This document shows positions 36,301-45,626 of a stretch of 64,000 nucleotides of DNA, in pieces. Location of the stretch: NCBI GenBank assembly GCA_050251055.1, contig JBFWNL010000003.1, positions 160,001 through 224,000 of the forward strand, given 5' to 3'. The DNA is from Bacteriovoracia bacterium. GTDB taxonomy: Bacteria; Bdellovibrionota; UBA1018; JBFWNL01. The notes under the pieces were generated by a model. It saw only the letters and a list, made by a program, of their open reading frames with translations, was not told the origin of the DNA and ran no database searches. Numbering within the stretch: the first letter of the stretch is position 1; every line of letters starts with the position of its first letter. The position numbers were made by a program, and so were the translations under genes.

Positions 36301-36635
36301 TGCCTTGGATGCGTACGGTCCTGAAATTCCGCCACGAATACCCAGCCAATGACGCGGAGAAACAGCTAAAATGGAACGTGAAGCTGATCCGCACGCTGGA
36401 GCGCGAGCTACCGCTCGACCAGCTCTTAGGATGGCTGCAAAAGGACGGTTACTTCTTCCAAATTCACATCAACGGCTTCCGCAAGGGAGACGAGAACGAC
36501 GACATGGCGTACGCGTCCGACACGATCGGCACCATCGACGACAAGATGGGCTCGGGCATTTTCCGCGAATTTTCGAATAACTATAAGATCTTCTACTACG
36601 AAATCGCCGCGCGCTACCTGACGGAGGGATTCTAG
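33342..36635 (+). CDS. Large secreted hypothetical protein
   Basis: 1097-aa ORF with host-like codon usage and a signal peptide ending PALA. Its stop abuts the next ATG (TAGATG). Confidence 0.8.
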   Translation: MRRVFFINKNRTLNARSGVLAILLLALTNPALASTVAIPQISPGSPANDLVYQGRVLDRDEALDLAKKRRVDLSQLDPEEHDAWQDRAYDYSSAAWADLPGEGATVDFDSYLTSTNELFRSRARFIPDSGPYAGENRMLRVTITLEGHAAIMRAAMMRALGYPVALPRNYRNLTFRFVDNAKRDSFLNAMSDATHTARDRWIVNLPDNQPEVTLRDVTLESGQVDTPPYHWGVITKDKIRSRRSLRAILLPITLLDLSERINLYSWNYAEVTSGHLIFNHPFAESFSEVSQDDLKWIARKIARFTRPQLQAIVNAGQYPADISALILEKLVSRRNQMAKVLGLKKERVSDLPFNASLNTGAVKNGKLTQSAYPGYAMEFVYPDPESPLKADEIARFGLLEGITSALARGASELNEKLLTVQSVQDVAEKHQKDTLQRIINHYMSNPTEPYQETVRAWGGPIGGFNVNASRNVVTGTYYGSDAQVQLLDNVAVQGSIGYYLGISGVDKMLPSGSANLSLQRNYLHVRPVGDMKEALKTKWSWLFVPSFFKHLDRLLEKGAKVDADGNAQAFLDNRELTETEATGELDDSEKNFKAFLDELKEGEIFSVTDTVLAGARAQVTIPLASLLGLGPIGYANSIDISGGVTGMILRRTLFVRTEEGIQVYLQRVNTRSADIGVDLRWWITLMSYNHTWKHSEAKTKAFLLDQGERTPEQSKKLVIALRALLRRNNAEVLEQDFKPFRLDHTLDASIDKFKFLFWSWHNIEETHLVKVKPPVDPQDRYNPDDHVRSLLSYRIVKANGADGYSFVSDVVSEATEGWGFKGKSGGNPANSFLGSGRWSVYASEKETTPGRDNRAVIRVEHHWGGWLLPRKEFFSIVEGLERKAAPLNLERPLINREVFGQMKQLQLYDIQQILVVYDQGTQRLRDTLFQGGLRAIYDRLVEIAGGQAVVDDFCERERIASIGENYSAYNGYSEKENGNRVRLKCTLPWMRTVLKFRHEYPANDAEKQLKWNVKLIRTLERELPLDQLLGWLQKDGYFFQIHINGFRKGDENDDMAYASDTIGTIDDKMGSGIFREFSNNYKIFYYEIAARYLTEGF

Positions 36636-39600
36636 ATGAAATCCACCCTCGCCATCGCCTGCTCCGTCTGGCTCCTAGCCGCTCCCACGTCCACGTCCGC
36701 CGCGCCAACTAAGCCGTCGGCTCCCCCGGCGAAAACAAACTCTCCTGCCGACGCCTCCGCCATCTGGCTCCCGGGTAAACAGCCACTGCCGAAGAGCGCG
36801 AAAATCAAGTCCCGGAAAAAAGTCTTCACGGCTTCCGAGCGCGCGTTCCTACGCAAGATCGGTCGTCCGGATCTGGCCAAGGCCGAAGTTCTGCAGTTCA
36901 AAAACGAACACGAGCGCGAACGCGTCCAACGCGAAGCCCCCGAGGCGGGATTGGATTCGCGTGCGGTCTCCATCGAGCAACACGAACAGCCAGCCCAGCC
37001 CCCGCAGCCGGCGAACATCCCGGTTTGGGCGGCCCGCCAGCAGTGGGCCCTGGACAACCCAGGGGCGAACTTCCCCATCGGCGTCGAAGAGCTCAAGACT
37101 CTCTACTTTCCCGGCGCGGCCGGCGAGGACATCGGGCTTCGGCGCGCTCCTCCCGAAGGGGCCGGCACCAAGATTCGCGTCGCCATCCTGGATTCGGGAC
37201 TGGACGTCACCCATCCGGTATTGAAGGATCAAATCTACCGGAACGAAGTCGAATGCGCGATGATCGACCAGCTCGCGGCTGAAATCAAGGAATGCCAGAA
37301 AACCAAGAAGGCCGATGAGTGCAAAAAACTCTTCCCGCCGCGTGACGCCGATGGCAACGGTTATGTCGCCGACTGCAACGGCTACAACTTCGCGGACACC
37401 ATCGACGGCAACGTGAAAGATATCGTCGGCCACGGCACCCACGTCGCGGGGATCGTCGCCAGCGTATCTAAATACGTCGAAATCCTGCCCGTGCGCGTGA
37501 TCAGTGATTCACCCAACACCCCCATCCGCCCACAAAGCACGGACGACCCTAAGCAGGATGATCCGTCGATTCCGAATGATTCCGACTACGAAAACGCCAA
37601 AGGGTTTATCGACCGAATCGCGCGCGGCGTACTGTACGCGATTCGCGCCCAGGCGAAGATCATGAATCTTTCGTTCGCTTGGCCCATCCAGGCCGATTCA
37701 CAATTCATGCGCGAGATGATCGCGCTCGCCCAAAGCCAGGGCATTCAGATCGTCTCCTCCGCCGGTAACGACTCCACCGAAGCCCGCGTCATGCCCTGCG
37801 TGTATCCGGGCGTGATTTGCGTGGGATCCCACAGCCCCGACGGCAAAATCAGCCACTACTCGAACTTCGGCGACGGGGTCGAAATCTCCGCGCCCGGCCA
37901 CTATATTCTAAGCACCTTTCCCATGAGTAAGATCCCGGTCGTGAACACCGAAGGCCAAGGCTTCGAGTTTAAAAACGGCACCTCCATGGCATCACCCTTC
38001 GTCGCCGGCCTTTTGGCCCGGCTCCGCGCGGGCGGCATGGCCGGGAACGAAGCGTTTGCGCGCCTGGCGCTCGGATCACGCCCCCAAGTCGCCGACGACT
38101 TCCACAAGTGGACCCAGTTCGGCAACGTCGATTTGCCAAAAGCCCTGGCCGAGCCCGCTGGCCCGTTCATCTACCCGCTCGACAAGCGCCCGATCACGGC
38201 TACGTTCGATCCGGAGAAGATCGTGCCTGTGGACATCCAAGTCCGCTTCGGCAGCTTTTGGAAAGACGCCAAAGTCGTGAAAGTTTCCGCGCGCGTGCTC
38301 GACGGGCCCCGGGGCGCGTTCGCCAAACTCACGACGGACACCTTCGAGATTCGCGGATTTCGCCAAGGCATGAAGGCTGATTTGGAAACCCAGATGAAGC
38401 TCCTGCCGAATTCGGCCGATCATGATGGCGTGGACCTAGGTCGCGTTCCGGGAGAAGCGAAGATCGAGTGGACGCTACAAGCCGACGACGCGAAACCGCG
38501 CCAATTCCGTACCACCGTGGACTTCCGCATGGCCGTGAACCCTAAGACCCAGCTCCCGGGCGCACGCATCAGTCCGCTCGCGGGAAACCCGCCGAACAAG
38601 TCGGCTGATTTCCGTTCCGTCGTCAACATGGATGGGAGCGCCGGCGCCGACTACTTTGCCATTTCGAAAATTTCCGTGGAAAAATCGAAGCTCACCCTGA
38701 TTCGTGAAGACGTGGCGGTTAAACACCACATAGTCGCCGCCACGGCGGATATTGACGCGCTTCCGGGAACCCTGCTCACTATCCAGCGCGTGGATGTCGA
38801 CCAAGACGGCCAGCCAAACTACGTCTTCGTCTCGAAGCTTCCCCCTACCGAAAAGGGCAAAGCCCCGCCGTTCAAGTTCACCACTTTTGATGCCCGACTC
38901 GCGCCCGTGGCCGATTACACCTTCGAACACGACAGCGATAAGACCGTCGTGTCCGACCGGTTCCAATGGCTACGCACGAACACGGGCGGGATGATGATGG
39001 TGTGGATTGGCCTAGGCTTCCCGCCCAAGAACGAAAACGCCCCTTATGATCCATGGGATCCGGAACCAAAAGAACCGCTGAAATTCCGTATGTACGCCTT
39101 GGGCGCCAAAGGTAAGCTGCAGGCACTGAGCTTGCCGGAAAACCATACTTTCGTGGAAATCGCTAGCCCCACCGCGGCCGACCAGGCGGCCGGCATCGTG
39201 CGCGCCTACACCGCCGAAAATTTCGACCCGAATGAAGAAGACGTGATCTTTCATCGTGTCGACATCAGTCCGGATGTTGCCCAAGGCCTAAGCCTGGGGA
39301 CCCAGCAACTAGTCCAGCTGCCACGTCACCGCACGCTCATGGCCATGAACCAAGTCACGGCTGCGTACTCCTTGGCGCCGGGCGACGCTATCTACGGAAC
39401 CGCTTTCACGGGCTCCTCCATTCGCGGCACCCAGCGCACGACCGTGGTTAGTGGAAATTCCGCTCCGATGTCTTCGGACGGGCGTCTCTTGCCCCTATCC
39501 CCGATCGAGCCCGTGGCCCAGATCTCCGGAGTGTTTGCGAGCGACACCCAGCTATCGGTGTTTGGGATCACGGGTTTTCAGGTGATCTATGCCGATCTCG

Positions 39601-39947
39601 CTCGCGACGAAAGCGCGGGCTTCACGCGTCGCCGTTACAGCTTCCTGCCGAAGTTCATCTCCGCTCGCCACTTCTTCCCCACCGTCGTTCGCGGCGTAGA
39701 GGGGGAAAAGGTGCCCGCACTCTGGATCACCGCCGCGCTGGGCGCCCTGGACACGCTCGAAGTCCTGGTGCCGGAGTATGGCCGTTCGGGGGAACTCCAA
39801 GGAATCGCTTCGCCCGCGGCGTTCCGCTACTTTGCGGAAGATGGCTGTCGTTTGCTCGGCAACCCGATTCCACCCACGGATACGCAACCCGCTCAGGCCG
39901 CGTTCTATTGTGGCGATCACTTCAAGTTCATGCCTCTCCAACGCTAG
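36636..39947 (+). CDS. S8 (subtilisin-like) serine protease with long C-terminal extension
   Basis: Triad ILDSG, GHGTHVAG, GTSMASP. Oxyanion SAGND. Signal peptide. Confidence 0.92.
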   Translation: MKSTLAIACSVWLLAAPTSTSAAPTKPSAPPAKTNSPADASAIWLPGKQPLPKSAKIKSRKKVFTASERAFLRKIGRPDLAKAEVLQFKNEHERERVQREAPEAGLDSRAVSIEQHEQPAQPPQPANIPVWAARQQWALDNPGANFPIGVEELKTLYFPGAAGEDIGLRRAPPEGAGTKIRVAILDSGLDVTHPVLKDQIYRNEVECAMIDQLAAEIKECQKTKKADECKKLFPPRDADGNGYVADCNGYNFADTIDGNVKDIVGHGTHVAGIVASVSKYVEILPVRVISDSPNTPIRPQSTDDPKQDDPSIPNDSDYENAKGFIDRIARGVLYAIRAQAKIMNLSFAWPIQADSQFMREMIALAQSQGIQIVSSAGNDSTEARVMPCVYPGVICVGSHSPDGKISHYSNFGDGVEISAPGHYILSTFPMSKIPVVNTEGQGFEFKNGTSMASPFVAGLLARLRAGGMAGNEAFARLALGSRPQVADDFHKWTQFGNVDLPKALAEPAGPFIYPLDKRPITATFDPEKIVPVDIQVRFGSFWKDAKVVKVSARVLDGPRGAFAKLTTDTFEIRGFRQGMKADLETQMKLLPNSADHDGVDLGRVPGEAKIEWTLQADDAKPRQFRTTVDFRMAVNPKTQLPGARISPLAGNPPNKSADFRSVVNMDGSAGADYFAISKISVEKSKLTLIREDVAVKHHIVAATADIDALPGTLLTIQRVDVDQDGQPNYVFVSKLPPTEKGKAPPFKFTTFDARLAPVADYTFEHDSDKTVVSDRFQWLRTNTGGMMMVWIGLGFPPKNENAPYDPWDPEPKEPLKFRMYALGAKGKLQALSLPENHTFVEIASPTAADQAAGIVRAYTAENFDPNEEDVIFHRVDISPDVAQGLSLGTQQLVQLPRHRTLMAMNQVTAAYSLAPGDAIYGTAFTGSSIRGTQRTTVVSGNSAPMSSDGRLLPLSPIEPVAQISGVFASDTQLSVFGITGFQVIYADLARDESAGFTRRRYSFLPKFISARHFFPTVVRGVEGEKVPALWITAALGALDTLEVLVPEYGRSGELQGIASPAAFRYFAEDGCRLLGNPIPPTDTQPAQAAFYCGDHFKFMPLQR

Positions 39948-40163
39948 CCGTACAAAACAAACGAACCGCACGAACCGGAAGCCTCTTGCCACCAGCGGTC
40001 ACCGGAGAGGCTCCCAAAATGCCACCTCACCGCGAAAGATTTACAATGCACTGCGTCTAAGCTCGCGTTATTTTCTGACTTTTTTGATTATCCATTTGTC
40101 TCTTTTCCGTGAATTTTCAGGCATGCAATTAAAGGCTTACAAAATTTATTACCGTCAAAACTT

Positions 40164-40179
40164 TGGCCCCCTGCTTGCA
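40164..40179 (+). promoter_or_regulatory. Sigma54 -24/-12 promoter
   Basis: TGGCCC-CCTGC-TTGCA with correct spacing, preceded by an AT-rich tract. Confidence 0.6.
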
Positions 40180-40255
40180 CTAAGCCGCACTGCACATTGG
40201 AAAATGAGTTCCTGTTTGTGAGAGGGTAAGAAACTTGACTACTTTAGGAGGTATT

Positions 40256-41005
40256 GTGAAATTCTTTACTCAAACGAAAAAGACTGCTCTGTCCGCGCTC
40301 GCGGTCTTGAGCTTGGTAGTGGTCGGTTGCGGCGGCGGCGGCGGTGGCGGCAACAGCGATCCTTATTATCACGCTTGGTATGACGTTTACGGCAACTACT
40401 GCGGCACCGGCTACCCGGCCCCTGGCTGTAACTTCTATTGGGACGGCTCGAAGATCCTGGATTTCGAAGATCCATACTACACGACCGCCAACTACAATCT
40501 GCTGTACGCCCTCTGGGAATACACCGATTCTTACGGCCTCCCGGCCCTCTACCTGGGCTACGCCTGGTTGAGCGTCAACAACATCCTATATGATGAATAC
40601 GGCAACGCCCTGAACGAAAGCAGCGAAGAAACCGGCAAGGACATCATCGAAAGCGCAGCGCAAGCGGCCGAAGCGAAGATCCTCGAAGCCGGTAAGGGTT
40701 TCGCTGAAAAGTACGTTCTCCAAGAAGAACAAGGTGTCGAAGTCGCCCGCAGCCTCAACGGCTGGGCGGAACTCGTGAAGGACCGCAAAGAACGCGTCCG
40801 TACCGCGAAGGACATCACGGACTTCTCGAAGCGCCTGTTTAACATCGACCCGAACAGCAAGGCTGCGCAATCGGCCCTGGGCGCGGCGAAGAGCGGCGAC
40901 CTCACCCAAGCCCACGAGCTGAACAAGCAAGTGGCCGACAAGTGGGGCACGAGCCCGGAAACTTCGGAAGAAATCCTGAAGTCCTGGTTCAAGGACGTTC
41001 TGTAA
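40256..41005 (+). CDS. Hypothetical lipoprotein
   Basis: AGGAGG RBS before GTG 40256, lipobox VVGC, poly-Gly, Tyr/Trp-rich N-domain and helical C-domain. Confidence 0.8.
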   Translation: MKFFTQTKKTALSALAVLSLVVVGCGGGGGGGNSDPYYHAWYDVYGNYCGTGYPAPGCNFYWDGSKILDFEDPYYTTANYNLLYALWEYTDSYGLPALYLGYAWLSVNNILYDEYGNALNESSEETGKDIIESAAQAAEAKILEAGKGFAEKYVLQEEQGVEVARSLNGWAELVKDRKERVRTAKDITDFSKRLFNIDPNSKAAQSALGAAKSGDLTQAHELNKQVADKWGTSPETSEEILKSWFKDVL

Positions 41006-41018
41006 TCTAATTCAATTG

Positions 41019-41057
41019 ACCGGTCCCTCGCTTCACTGCGGGGGACCGGTTTTTTTT
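41019..41057 (+). terminator. Rho-independent terminator
   Basis: ACCGGTCCCTCGC...GCGGGGGACCGGT stem followed by a T-tract. Confidence 0.88.
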
Positions 41058-41140
41058 GCTACCCGCCTAGTTCTTTCAACTTAAATCCGGTAATAGGGTA
41101 CCGAGTTTAGGGAATCTAAAAATATCTCTTTGGGGGGATC

Positions 41141-42841
41141 ATGAAATCCAATCAAGTCAGTATCATTGCGTTCGCCTTGGTTTCGGCCATGGCGCTAAAC
41201 GGCTGCGGCGTGGGCCTAGGGCCCCGTCCCGCGTTGAAGCCTCAAACGGAACCAGCCAACAAGCAAGGTGACACCGAACGCCTACCGGGCGAAGGTACCG
41301 AAGCGGCCGACTGGTTCACGAAAGGCCCGGCCGATGGCGTGCAAGGCGTGGACGTAGAGGCCGTCTACAAGAAGCTCGACCTGAGCCGCGGTAAGGAAAT
41401 CGTCGTCGCCGTGATCGACAGCGGTGTCGACGTCAACCACGAAGATCTGCAGGGCCGCATCTGGGTGAACGAGAAGGAAGCCAACGGCAAACCGGGCGTC
41501 GACGACGACGGTAACGGGTACATCGATGACATCAACGGCTGGAGCTTCCTGGGCGGCAAGGATCAAGACGGCAAGATCGTCAACATCGGCGCCGAAACCC
41601 TGGAAGTGACCCGCGAACTCGTGCGCCTGCGCAAGCTCAAGGCCGAACTCGAAGCCAAGGGCGAGAAGCTTTCCGAAGCCGACGCCAAGCTCTTCGAAAC
41701 CTACGGCGCCGAAGTGGCAAGCAGCCGCGCCCAGGCGGAAGTGCTCAAAGCTCCAAATGCCGCCGCGCTCGAAGCCATCAGGGCTCCCTTTGAAGTCTTG
41801 AAGGAAAAAATCGGCGACATGGAAAAGATCGTTCTGGCCGAGATTGAGAAGCTCGAGACGTCCAACGACGCCGAAGCCGCGGCCAAGGCCGAGATCATCA
41901 AGGCCCTTAAGGGCGCCAATGCCGCGTCCGTCGCCCGCCTGCGCGCGCGCGTGCAGTACGCCGATGACCAGTTGAACTACTACTATAATGAGGCGTTCAA
42001 TCCCCGCGCGGAAATCGTGAAGGACAACCCGAACGACTTCAACGACGTGAATTACGGCGTGAACGACGTCACGGGCCCAGACGCCGACCACGGCACGCAC
42101 GTGTCCGGCATCATCGGCGCGGTACGCGATAACGGCTTGGGTATTAAGGGCATCGCTACAAACGTGAAGATCATGGCCCTGCGTGCGGTTCCGAACGGAG
42201 ACGAACGCGATAAGGACATCGCGCTGGCCGTCCGCTACGCGGCCGATAACGGTGCCAATATCATCAACATGAGCTTCGGCAAGTCCGTTTCCCCCGGGAA
42301 GGGTAAAATCGACGAAGCGTTCCTCTACGCAGCCAACAAGGGCGTGCTCATCGTGCACGCGGCGGGCAACAGCAGCGAGGACATCGACACCGCCGCCAAC
42401 TTCCCGAACCGCAACGTGCTCGATCCGGCCCGCCACGGCGGCGTCGCCGAGATCCCGACGTGGCTCGAGATCGGCGCTTCCTCCCAGTTTAATGACCAGC
42501 GCCTCACAGCCGTGTTCTCCAACTACGGGAAGAAGAACGTCGACGTGTTCGCTCCCGGCGTGGACCTGAACTCCACGACCCCCGGCAACACCTACTCGGT
42601 GTTCAGCGGCACCAGCATGGCCTGCCCGGCCGCGGCTGGCGTCGCCGCCGTGATCTGGTCGCAGAACCCCGAGCTCAGCGCCAGCCAGGTAAAGGCCGTG
42701 CTCCTGAAGAACGCCCGCGACAAAGCGGATCTTCCGGTGCTGATCCCTGGCACGATGACCCTCGCGCCGTTCGGCACGCTTTCCCAAACGGGTGGCGTAG
42801 CGGAAGTGTTCTCGGCACTGCGGGCTCTAGGAAAAATCTAG
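41141..42841 (+). CDS. S8 family serine peptidase, lipoprotein
   Basis: Lipobox LNGC, VIDSG, HGTHVSG, AAGN, GTSMACP, with a helical insertion. Confidence 0.93.
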   Translation: MKSNQVSIIAFALVSAMALNGCGVGLGPRPALKPQTEPANKQGDTERLPGEGTEAADWFTKGPADGVQGVDVEAVYKKLDLSRGKEIVVAVIDSGVDVNHEDLQGRIWVNEKEANGKPGVDDDGNGYIDDINGWSFLGGKDQDGKIVNIGAETLEVTRELVRLRKLKAELEAKGEKLSEADAKLFETYGAEVASSRAQAEVLKAPNAAALEAIRAPFEVLKEKIGDMEKIVLAEIEKLETSNDAEAAAKAEIIKALKGANAASVARLRARVQYADDQLNYYYNEAFNPRAEIVKDNPNDFNDVNYGVNDVTGPDADHGTHVSGIIGAVRDNGLGIKGIATNVKIMALRAVPNGDERDKDIALAVRYAADNGANIINMSFGKSVSPGKGKIDEAFLYAANKGVLIVHAAGNSSEDIDTAANFPNRNVLDPARHGGVAEIPTWLEIGASSQFNDQRLTAVFSNYGKKNVDVFAPGVDLNSTTPGNTYSVFSGTSMACPAAAGVAAVIWSQNPELSASQVKAVLLKNARDKADLPVLIPGTMTLAPFGTLSQTGGVAEVFSALRALGKI

Positions 42842-42877
42842 ACCTCGTTTAGTGTATTGATAGCTTAGGTAGTCAAG

Positions 42878-42922
42878 AGCCCGGTTTGCCGCAGGGATCT
42901 GCGGAAAGCTGGGCTTTTTTTT
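42878..42922 (+). terminator. Rho-independent terminator
   Basis: AGCCCGGTTTGCCGCAG...CTGCGGAAAGCTGGGCT stem plus T-tract. Confidence 0.85.
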
Positions 42923-43046
42923 AGATTTCGAATTTCAATTTGAGCCACATTGTTTTCCCGCTTGGGACAAATCTGACGGAGCCTACCCCGCCCGTCGTGC
43001 CTTATCCCACCCTAAAGCCGGTACAACGCTTGCAGTCGCTCTTGGC

Positions 43047-44384
43047 ATGAACAAAAAAAATGGGTGCATGGGAGTTTTCGCTACGTTCGCGGTAATCATG
43101 GGGACGCAGGCCTGTAGTCATACGCCAACGGTTACGGAGTTTCCGGCCACGGCGAGCGCGGTCGATGAAACGGCGCGACTAAAGAAAGACCTAGAGGAAG
43201 CGCGCCTCCGGCAAGTCAACGTGCTTTCCCCAAATCACTACGCAGACGCCCAAGATGCGTTAGCGGACGCCCAAGCCGAGCTGAAACAGCCCAAGAGTGA
43301 CCAAGATTCGCGGGATGCGCTCCACTCCGTGGCGATGGGCCGGGCCTATCTGGATCTCGCCACCCGGACGGCGGCGATCGGCGAAAAAAATCTCGAGCCG
43401 GTGCTCGCGGCGCGGCGCCAAGCCCTGACCGCCAAGGCCCCCCAGTACTTCGAGGACGATTTCCGTCGGGTGGACGGGGATCTTCGGGACGTAGGAGAGG
43501 ACCTCGAAGACCGCGAGCTCCAGAGCGCCATGGACCGCCGCGACGAACTCCAGGCCGCCTTCTTGGATCTTGAGCTACGCGCGCTCCAGGAAGGCGCCGT
43601 TGGTCAAGCAGAACGGCTAACGGAAAAAGCCCGCGATGAAGACGCGCGACGCTTCGCGCCCCGCACGCTGGCTATCGCCGAAAAGAACATCGAGGACACG
43701 CGGGCCTACATTTTTGGAAACCGGCACGATCAGGCCGGAATCGAACGCCGGGCCACAGAGACCCTGGCCAGCGCCCAGCACGCCTTGAAAATTACGCGCG
43801 AAGCGAAGGCCACGAATTCGACTTCACCCGAAGACACCGCCCTCCGCTTGGAGAGCGAGCGAAATCGCCTGGAGTCGCGCAACGATCAGCTCGCGCTGCA
43901 GCAAGCCGCGACCACCCACCTTATGTCGGAGAACGTGGCCCTCGCAAAGAAAGCGGCGGCCGACCGTCGATTTGAAATCGCTCGCCAGGCGTTCTCGGAG
44001 GACGAGGCTCAAGTTTACCGGCAAGGCGATACCCTGACGATCCGCCTACGCGCGCTGCAGTTCCCCACCAATCGCGCGACCCTCAAGGATCGCGACTTCG
44101 CCCTCTTGGGGAAAGTGCAGAAAGTGATCAAAGACTTCGGAGAAACGGAAGTGACCGTGGAGGGGCACACCGACTCCGTCGGAAGCAAGGCGAGGAATCA
44201 GACCCTCTCGCAACAGCGAGCCGAAGCGGTCAGGAAGTATCTCGTCGCGAATAACACTCTAGACACTGAATCGGTCACCGCCGAGGGTTTCGGTTACGAT
44301 CGGCCGCTGGCGTCGAACAAGTCGGCCGAAGGCCGCGCGCAGAATCGTCGGGTGGATATCGTGATTCAGCCCGGTGAAGAGTGA
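43047..44384 (+). CDS. OmpA-family peptidoglycan-binding lipoprotein with helical N-terminal region
   Basis: EGHTDSVG, LSQQRAEAV, GRAQNRRVDI. Lipobox-like TQAC. Confidence 0.9.
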   Translation: MNKKNGCMGVFATFAVIMGTQACSHTPTVTEFPATASAVDETARLKKDLEEARLRQVNVLSPNHYADAQDALADAQAELKQPKSDQDSRDALHSVAMGRAYLDLATRTAAIGEKNLEPVLAARRQALTAKAPQYFEDDFRRVDGDLRDVGEDLEDRELQSAMDRRDELQAAFLDLELRALQEGAVGQAERLTEKARDEDARRFAPRTLAIAEKNIEDTRAYIFGNRHDQAGIERRATETLASAQHALKITREAKATNSTSPEDTALRLESERNRLESRNDQLALQQAATTHLMSENVALAKKAAADRRFEIARQAFSEDEAQVYRQGDTLTIRLRALQFPTNRATLKDRDFALLGKVQKVIKDFGETEVTVEGHTDSVGSKARNQTLSQQRAEAVRKYLVANNTLDTESVTAEGFGYDRPLASNKSAEGRAQNRRVDIVIQPGEE

Positions 44385-44420
44385 GCAGAGGCAATTCTCC
44401 GCGTCCATTTTAGCTTCAGT

Positions 44421-45605
44421 TCAAGTTTCAGCTAAGCCGCCAGCTCGCAGCTTGAGGTCTTGCCGCAGGATCGCATAGAAATCCGCGTCCCAGTAGCGCT
44501 CGCGGTGGAAGAGCGCGGCCCGGCGCGTGCCTTCGAACTTCATGCCGAGCTTTTCCATCACGCGGGCGCTGGCGCGGTTCTCGGATTTGCAATGCGCCTG
44601 CACTCGGTTTAGATCGAATTCCTCGAAGGCGTAGCGCATGATCTCGCGTGCGGCCTCGAGGATGATTCCTTTGCCCCAATGCGCTTCATCCAGAGCGAAG
44701 GCCATTTCCATGCAGCGGCTCCTCTCGGAGGCCCAGAACAGCCCTACCGTGCCGATCACCCGTGAAGGTTCCGTCGCCAGGGTGATTCCCAAGGGCTCGG
44801 GAATGCGCTGCCGATAATAGGGAAAGGCATAGTCGAGAATATAGGCTTCGGTGTCCTTAACCGAAAGATGGGGCTCCCACATCGTCCAGCGAGAAACGTT
44901 GGGATTTTGCGCGTAAGCGAAGATCGCCGGCGCATCGCTCAGGGCTAATGGCCTCAAGATTAGGCGCTCGGTCTTTAAATTCGGTAGCCGGCGCGGAGCC
45001 TCTGACTTCACCGGCGCATTGGGGACTGGCTCCAGGATTTTCGCGATGAAATACTCGTCTTGATATTCACCGTCGATGAAGGCCGCGTACTTTCGCGTGC
45101 CCTCGACCACGAAACCCGCGCGCCGATAGAGGCGCATCCCGTGTTCGTTCGCCACCCGGGCCATTCCCTCTAGACGACAAACCCCGTGCTGCCGCGCGAA
45201 CTTCTCTTGGACCGCGAGCAGCCGTTGGCCGATGCCCTGGCCCCAGTATTCGCGCCGCACCATCATGCCGAATACCAGAACGTGCTTAATCCAAGGATGT
45301 CCGGGCCGTTCCGGTCGGGCGCTCAGATAGCCCACCACTCTTTCGCCATCAAAAGCACCCAGGTTGATTTCCGGCGAATCGGCGGCCTCCGAGGCTTCCA
45401 GAAACCGGGCCGCCACCTTTTCGGGGTCGCGTGCAGGCATACCCACGTACTGCATCGTGTGCGTCGACTCAAACGGGATACGCTCGATAAACTCAAGGAA
45501 CGCCGGCGCGTCCGCCGCCGTAAGATGGCGCACAACTAACTCGCGGACCGGTTGCGCGGGATCGGAAGGGCGGGTCGAGAATTTTTCCGCGATCCACTGA
45601 CCCAC
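44421..45605 (-). CDS. Tandem GNAT N-acetyltransferase (second domain RimJ/RimL-like)
   Basis: Two acetyl-CoA motifs, YWGQGIG and HWGKGI, plus TERLILRP and ENRASARVMEKLGM. Start GTG 45605 or TTG 45623. Confidence 0.85.
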   Translation of the reverse strand: MGQWIAEKFSTRPSDPAQPVRELVVRHLTAADAPAFLEFIERIPFESTHTMQYVGMPARDPEKVAARFLEASEAADSPEINLGAFDGERVVGYLSARPERPGHPWIKHVLVFGMMVRREYWGQGIGQRLLAVQEKFARQHGVCRLEGMARVANEHGMRLYRRAGFVVEGTRKYAAFIDGEYQDEYFIAKILEPVPNAPVKSEAPRRLPNLKTERLILRPLALSDAPAIFAYAQNPNVSRWTMWEPHLSVKDTEAYILDYAFPYYRQRIPEPLGITLATEPSRVIGTVGLFWASERSRCMEMAFALDEAHWGKGIILEAAREIMRYAFEEFDLNRVQAHCKSENRASARVMEKLGMKFEGTRRAALFHRERYWDADFYAILRQDLKLRAGGLAET

Positions 45606-45626
45606 GTCGTGCCCCCGTCGCAAGCC

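Noticed and set aside
41282-42787. 501-aa antisense ORF, and similar ones at 14875..15825, 46766..47704, 12019..12900, 24928..25911, 55731..56546, 58651..59463 and 62546..63328
   Set aside because: Shadow ORFs opposite well-supported genes. They are expected from high-GC codon bias and carry no motifs.
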